Shown in pieces: positions 58,401-61,500 of a stretch of DNA of 61,500 nt. The stretch is from an uncultured Melioribacter sp. (GTDB lineage Bacteria; Bacteroidota; Ignavibacteria; Kapaibacteriales; Kapaibacteriaceae): contig CAZAGH010000001.1 of assembly GCA_964484755.1 (NCBI GenBank), positions 48,867 through 110,366 of the forward strand, given 5' to 3'. A program made the translations under genes and the position numbers. Position 1 is the first letter of the stretch, and every line of letters begins with the position of its first letter. The notes beneath the pieces were generated by a model. That model saw nothing but the letters and a program-made list of their open reading frames with translations. It ran no database searches and had not been told where the DNA came from.

Positions 58401-58779
58401 GTTCGGTTCGTGCCTTGTCAACGGCATCTGATATCCGTTGCTTTGCAACCGTTGGATCGATGTCCGTTGTGAACTCTACCACAACCACGGATGCATCAGG
58501 TAGACTTGAACTTGTGATTTTTTTCACGTCTGCAACCGACTTCATCTGCTTTTCAATCGGCCGCGTGATAAGGTTCTCGATATCCGTCGGCGTCATACCT
58601 GCCTGGATAGTTGTAACGAGAACTGTAGGCACAACGATATCAGGGAATTGCTCCTTTGGCAATCGAATGTAGGTGATGATGCCAAGCAGCGAAATGATCA
58701 ACGACATGACATAGATGGTCGTTCTATTCTCAACTGCCCATGCCGTTATCGGAAACGATTTGTGATGTTGCATGCTCAT
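55408..58779 (-). CDS. RND efflux transporter permease (AcrB/HAE family), 1,123 aa
   Basis: A 12-TM, two-large-loop architecture, with an N-terminus (WAVENRTTIYVMSLIISLLGI) and AcrB-like TM4/TM10 regions. Confidence 0.9.
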   Translation of the reverse strand: MSMQHHKSFPITAWAVENRTTIYVMSLIISLLGIITYIRLPKEQFPDIVVPTVLVTTIQAGMTPTDIENLITRPIEKQMKSVADVKKITSSSLPDASVVVVEFTTDIDPTVAKQRISDAVDKARTELPNQLTKEPQVAEIDFSEFPIMNVNISGSVGMGSLKQFADELQDKLESLPEIRRVDIIGALDKEVRVDIDPYRLEAMGMSFDDVSRAIQFEDMNISGGEILNDGVRRNIQISGEFATVEQINNVIVRSMRGATAYIRDIATVTETTKEQQSFARLDGKDVITLAVLKKAGENLINASDQIQAIVTEYERTRLPKGVSITITNDQSVATRINLADLINTIIIGFILVTIVLMFFMGVQNALFVGLATPLSSFMAFLIMPSFDFTFNVVVTFGFLLALGIVVDDAIVVIENTHRLHTKHHVDVKTATKYAAAEVFAPVVAGTLTTLAPFVPLLFWPGLVGEFMVYLPSILIITLTASLIVAYIMNPVFAVDFMDRKPVQLTRRNLTMYGVVLGLFCVIGLVTGQYWITTMILFGITFWYINRAYLTPRLIRPFQDRTLPGIMDAYRSVLRWALSGSRPWQVIGSMVALLIGTIALMVVAGPETTFFPSADPNYAYLYVQMPVGTDAKETDSVVRVVEQRVNGIIGKDNPLVKSVISNVGIGAGDPQNPDRTVTPHKGKVTVAFVEYSKRGGKSTSDYLIEFRKAVADIPGAEIVVDQEASGPPTGKPVNIEISGDDFEELTGLSERVRRFITDTAKIQGIERLKSDLVRNKPELSIVIDREQANAEGVSTAQIGMVLRNNMYGAEATKFRSGEEEFPVQVRAMESVRSNAEALMNQPVSFFDMSTGRYRQIPIASIASLQYTSTYAGINRKNQRRVVTLSSNLLQGYNENKVNNNIRAALAGFTVPDGYSVKLTGAQEEQKESADFLGFAFLVAALLIFMIMVTQFNSVAKPILIMVTVLFSLIGVLLGFIIFRMTFSIAITGVGIVALGGIVVRNGIVLLDFTDVLLAQGWKLRRAIIEGGAIRFNPVILTAGATILGLIPLAVGLNINFWELINLRNPQIHIGSDSVAFWGPLAWSIVFGLGFSTFLTLVVVPCMYYLLARRSILRRRRKNLLAVKG

Positions 58780-59936
58780 TACTGATTCACCACCTTCACT
58801 GTTTGTCCATCGGCTACGGTTGTAACACCTTTATCGATGACCTGCTCACCAACGGATATCCCGCTCTTTACCTCAACCATGGTTCCCGAAGTGATGCCGG
58901 TTTCAATGTTCTTCCTCTTGACAACACTATTCTCCTGTACTGTCAAGACATACGATCCTGCTGCATCCCGCTGGACAGACGAAAGCGGAACTGCAAGCCC
59001 CTTAGGGATGGTAACATCATTGATTGCCACACGACAAGTAGCGTTTGGCTTGACCGTAGCTGGCACCTTCGACAGTGGGATCTCTAAGCGAAATGTTCTG
59101 TTCAATGGATTCAATACCTTCGATACAGACTTAATTGTCGTAGCGACCACTTCTTCTGTTTCTGAAAAAGCGATTGTTGCCTTGTCACCTACGTTGATTG
59201 AAGAAACGAAGGCCTCTGACACATCCACAATGACGCGCACATCTGACATGTTGACCAGCATCATCAATGGCATTCCTGGCGCCGCCATCTCACCTACTTT
59301 GGCAGTTACGTTATCACATATACCAGCACGCGGAGCCGTAATGCGAGACATAGCAAGCTGCTCGCGAAGAGATTCTATTCTGCGCTCCAAGGCATCAAGC
59401 TGATTCTTTGCTGTGAGATATTGAATCTCGCTACCCGCCTTCTGTTCAAATACGCGCTTCTGCTTTTCATACAGCGTGCGAGCAAAGTCTAATTGAACTT
59501 TAACCTCTTCGATACCGCGTTTGATTGCTTCATTGTCCACTTCAGCAAGAACTTGTCCTGCACGAACAACTTGGCCGCTGGAAACATACACATTAGTGAT
59601 GCGTCCCGGCATCATCGACGAAAGCATAACCGTCGACTTCGATTCAACAGTGCCTTTTACATCGATGATATGTGGCAACTCTGTTTCAGCTACACGGATG
59701 ACAGATACTGGTATCGCAGCCTGCTTATCCGTTGTTGCGAGTAGTTTTGATTCAAGCTCCTTGATCTGTGCATCGAGTTGTGCACGCTGAGCCCGAAGAT
59801 CGTCGAGCCTTGCCTGGGAGTTATCGTTACCTCCATTGGAACAGGCAGATAGTAATCCGACCATTACCACGGCGATGAATAGTTGAGAAAGATGGTTCAT
59901 GATGAACTGTGATGATAATGAGTGAATAATGTTCAT
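58779..59936 (-). CDS. efflux periplasmic adaptor (membrane fusion protein, HlyD/AcrA family), lipoprotein
   Basis: It has a lipobox (VMVGLLSAC), a coiled-coil hairpin, and lipoyl and beta-barrel segments. Start 59936 overlaps the ATPase stop (ATGA); an alternative ATG is at 59900. The stop shares one base with the RND start (TAATG). Confidence 0.85.
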   Translation of the reverse strand: MNIIHSLSSQFIMNHLSQLFIAVVMVGLLSACSNGGNDNSQARLDDLRAQRAQLDAQIKELESKLLATTDKQAAIPVSVIRVAETELPHIIDVKGTVESKSTVMLSSMMPGRITNVYVSSGQVVRAGQVLAEVDNEAIKRGIEEVKVQLDFARTLYEKQKRVFEQKAGSEIQYLTAKNQLDALERRIESLREQLAMSRITAPRAGICDNVTAKVGEMAAPGMPLMMLVNMSDVRVIVDVSEAFVSSINVGDKATIAFSETEEVVATTIKSVSKVLNPLNRTFRLEIPLSKVPATVKPNATCRVAINDVTIPKGLAVPLSSVQRDAAGSYVLTVQENSVVKRKNIETGITSGTMVEVKSGISVGEQVIDKGVTTVADGQTVKVVNQ

Positions 59937-60619
59937 GTTGATGATACGATACGTCCATCGCGTATCGCTATGATTCTGTCTGCTCGATTTGCAAAAGCAG
60001 TGTCATGTGTGACCATCATGATGGTCTGGTTGAACTCCGACTTGAGCTCCTGAAGAATGTCAAGTACAACCTCTGTGTTTCTTGTGTCGAGGTTTCCCGT
60101 TGGCTCGTCACCAAAAAGAATCTTCGGTTCATTCATCAGTGCACGAGCAATCGCAACACGTTGTTGCTGCCCGCCTGAGAGTCGATTCGACCGTTTGCCC
60201 GCTTGATCGGCAACACCAAGCAGCGTTAGTTTCTGAAGTGCTCGTTCTTCCATTTCTTCCTCTGTCCAGATACCGAGTCTCTGCGCTGGTAGCATGACGT
60301 TTTCCAACACTGTGAAGTCTGGCAACAGATAGTGAAACTGAAAGACGAACCCTATCATGGTGTTACGAAATGATGCGAGCTGGTTTTTATTCAATGTTCT
60401 GATATCCGTGTTATCGAGAAGGATCTTGCCATCATACACGGTATCTAGGGTTGATAGCGCATACATCAGTGTTGTCTTACCACTTCCCGAGGGTCCGACA
60501 AGAACAACGAATTCACCTTGATCGACGTCGAGCGAGACGTCGTCTAGGACCGTAAACTCCACGGGCTCGGTGAATCGTTTACTGACCTGTTGGGCCGATA
60601 TCATAGGGTGTTTTTGCAT
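59933..60619 (-). CDS. ABC transporter ATP-binding protein (LolD/MacB-NBD type), 228 aa
   Basis: Contains Walker A (GPSGSGKTT), the signature [15 protein letters not shown] and Walker B ([12 protein letters not shown]). Confidence 0.9.
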   Translation of the reverse strand: MQKHPMISAQQVSKRFTEPVEFTVLDDVSLDVDQGEFVVLVGPSGSGKTTLMYALSTLDTVYDGKILLDNTDIRTLNKNQLASFRNTMIGFVFQFHYLLPDFTVLENVMLPAQRLGIWTEEEMEERALQKLTLLGVADQAGKRSNRLSGGQQQRVAIARALMNEPKILFGDEPTGNLDTRNTEVVLDILQELKSEFNQTIMMVTHDTAFANRADRIIAIRDGRIVSST

Positions 60620-61500
60620 TACCTACTTCGTATGATCTCGACAGGATCGAATCTGGCAGCCTTTCTTGCTGGAAAGTACCCTGCCACAGTTGTTGATACG
60701 AGCGCGAACATGAACGCCGCTAGGTAGAACAGAGGGTTGAAGTTGATAACGAGATATTGAACGCTCACGAACCCTTGAATATTCAGTGGAATCATGCTGA
60801 TGATCTTTGATGCAGCAAAGCCCAACAAGAGTCCAAACAAGCCCCCTGTGGAGCCAATAGCTAGTGATTCTATCAAGAAAATGCGGCTGATATCTCTGTC
60901 GCGATATCCCATTGCCTTTAGAATCGCGATATCTGGCATCTTCTCATAGATAATGGTCATCAGGATATTGAATATTCCGAACCCACTTACAACCAGAATG
61001 GATATGATGACAAACGTCACGGTAAGATTTTGGATTCGAAAGATCCCAAACACATTCGCATTAGCAGCCTTCCAGTCTTCAGCCCTGTATCCGTATCGTT
61101 GTTGATACTCTTGCGCAACTGGCTCGGCTAGATCGACATCACGAAGGCGCACATTGATGTCTGTGATATATGAGGCTGATTGCTGTAGCAACCGTTGTGC
61201 ATTGCGTAGCGAGATATATGCCCGTGTATTGTCTTGAAGTGTGATGCCGGTCTTACTGATACCAACAACCTTCATATCAAGTGCCACACCTTTTGACGAG
61301 ATGACGATGATAGAGTTATCTACCGTTGCACCGAGCTTATCAGCTAGGCCTGAACCAAGGATGATTCCATTAGGCAGCGTCTCCATGCGCAGCAGATCGC
61401 CAGCAATGAGATTATCCTTGACCTTGAAAAGCTGATCCTCTCGCATGATATCCACGCCAGCAAGTGTACCTGCTTGTTGTGACATGCCGAAGCGATAGAT
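60619..61500 (-). CDS. FtsX/MacB/LolC-E-type ABC transporter permease, 5'-truncated by the window edge
   Basis: The periplasmic-domain sequence and three C-terminal TMs are present, but no N-terminal TM. The frame is open to the window end. The stop shares one base with the ATPase start (TAATG). Confidence 0.8.
   Translation of the reverse strand: MYRFGMSQQAGTLAGVDIMREDQLFKVKDNLIAGDLLRMETLPNGIILGSGLADKLGATVDNSIIVISSKGVALDMKVVGISKTGITLQDNTRAYISLRNAQRLLQQSASYITDINVRLRDVDLAEPVAQEYQQRYGYRAEDWKAANANVFGIFRIQNLTVTFVIISILVVSGFGIFNILMTIIYEKMPDIAILKAMGYRDRDISRIFLIESLAIGSTGGLFGLLLGFAASKIISMIPLNIQGFVSVQYLVINFNPLFYLAAFMFALVSTTVAGYFPARKAARFDPVEIIRSR

Noticed and set aside
1-61500. CRISPR arrays, IS elements, integrases, prophage genes, toxin-antitoxin pairs or recognisable defence genes.
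   Set aside because: I found no direct-repeat/spacer pattern, no transposase, recombinase or phage-like ORF, and no intergenic space large enough to hide an array. The only RNA gene, tRNA-Thr, has no adjacent integrase or direct repeat of its 3' end that I could see.

Overview
This 61.5-kb window is a gene-dense chromosomal segment with about 53 protein genes, one tRNA and almost no non-coding DNA. I saw no CRISPR array, IS element, integrase or prophage genes. It probably comes from an FCB-group bacterium (Bacteroidota/Ignavibacteriota-like). Three proteins end in T9SS (Por) C-terminal sorting domains, and several gene starts and the tRNA are preceded by the Bacteroidetes-type -7 box TAnnTTTG, usually as TATCTTTG. 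Most genes are housekeeping: trx, kbl, purL, accC-like, mutS2, def, rsmG, nth, rluE-like, queA, uvrB, mrdA, truA and msrB. Operons are tightly coupled through ATGA or TAATG stop/start overlaps, and several convergent genes overlap at their 3' ends. Four regions deserve attention. (1) 22999-34519 is a surface-protein operon. Two paralogous proteins (beta-barrel plus two OmpA_C domains, both carrying a CCPxFTGG motif) bracket a 1,444-aa secreted protein with vWA, WD40, Ig-repeat, cohesin-like and T9SS-CTD modules. A GT4 glycosyltransferase and an IgGFc-binding-like cargo with a truncated CTD follow. This is my best candidate for an undescribed system. (2) 16989-22191 is an operon of rsmG, a DUF4159 protein, a 1,156-aa DUF4175-like membrane protein with a roughly 550-aa Met/Gln-rich coiled coil, and a small 4-TM DMT-like protein. 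(3) 34978-39675 is an atypical System I cytochrome c maturation operon. It has a CxxxY CcmE, a tail-less CcmE paralogue, a 41-aa CcmD-like ORF missing from the ORF track and an N-terminally extended CcmC. No ccmA, B, G or H lies in the cluster. (4) 55408-61500 is a four-gene operon coupling an FtsX-type ABC permease and ATPase to a single membrane-fusion protein and an RND pump. All family names come from reading motifs by eye; no database search was possible.
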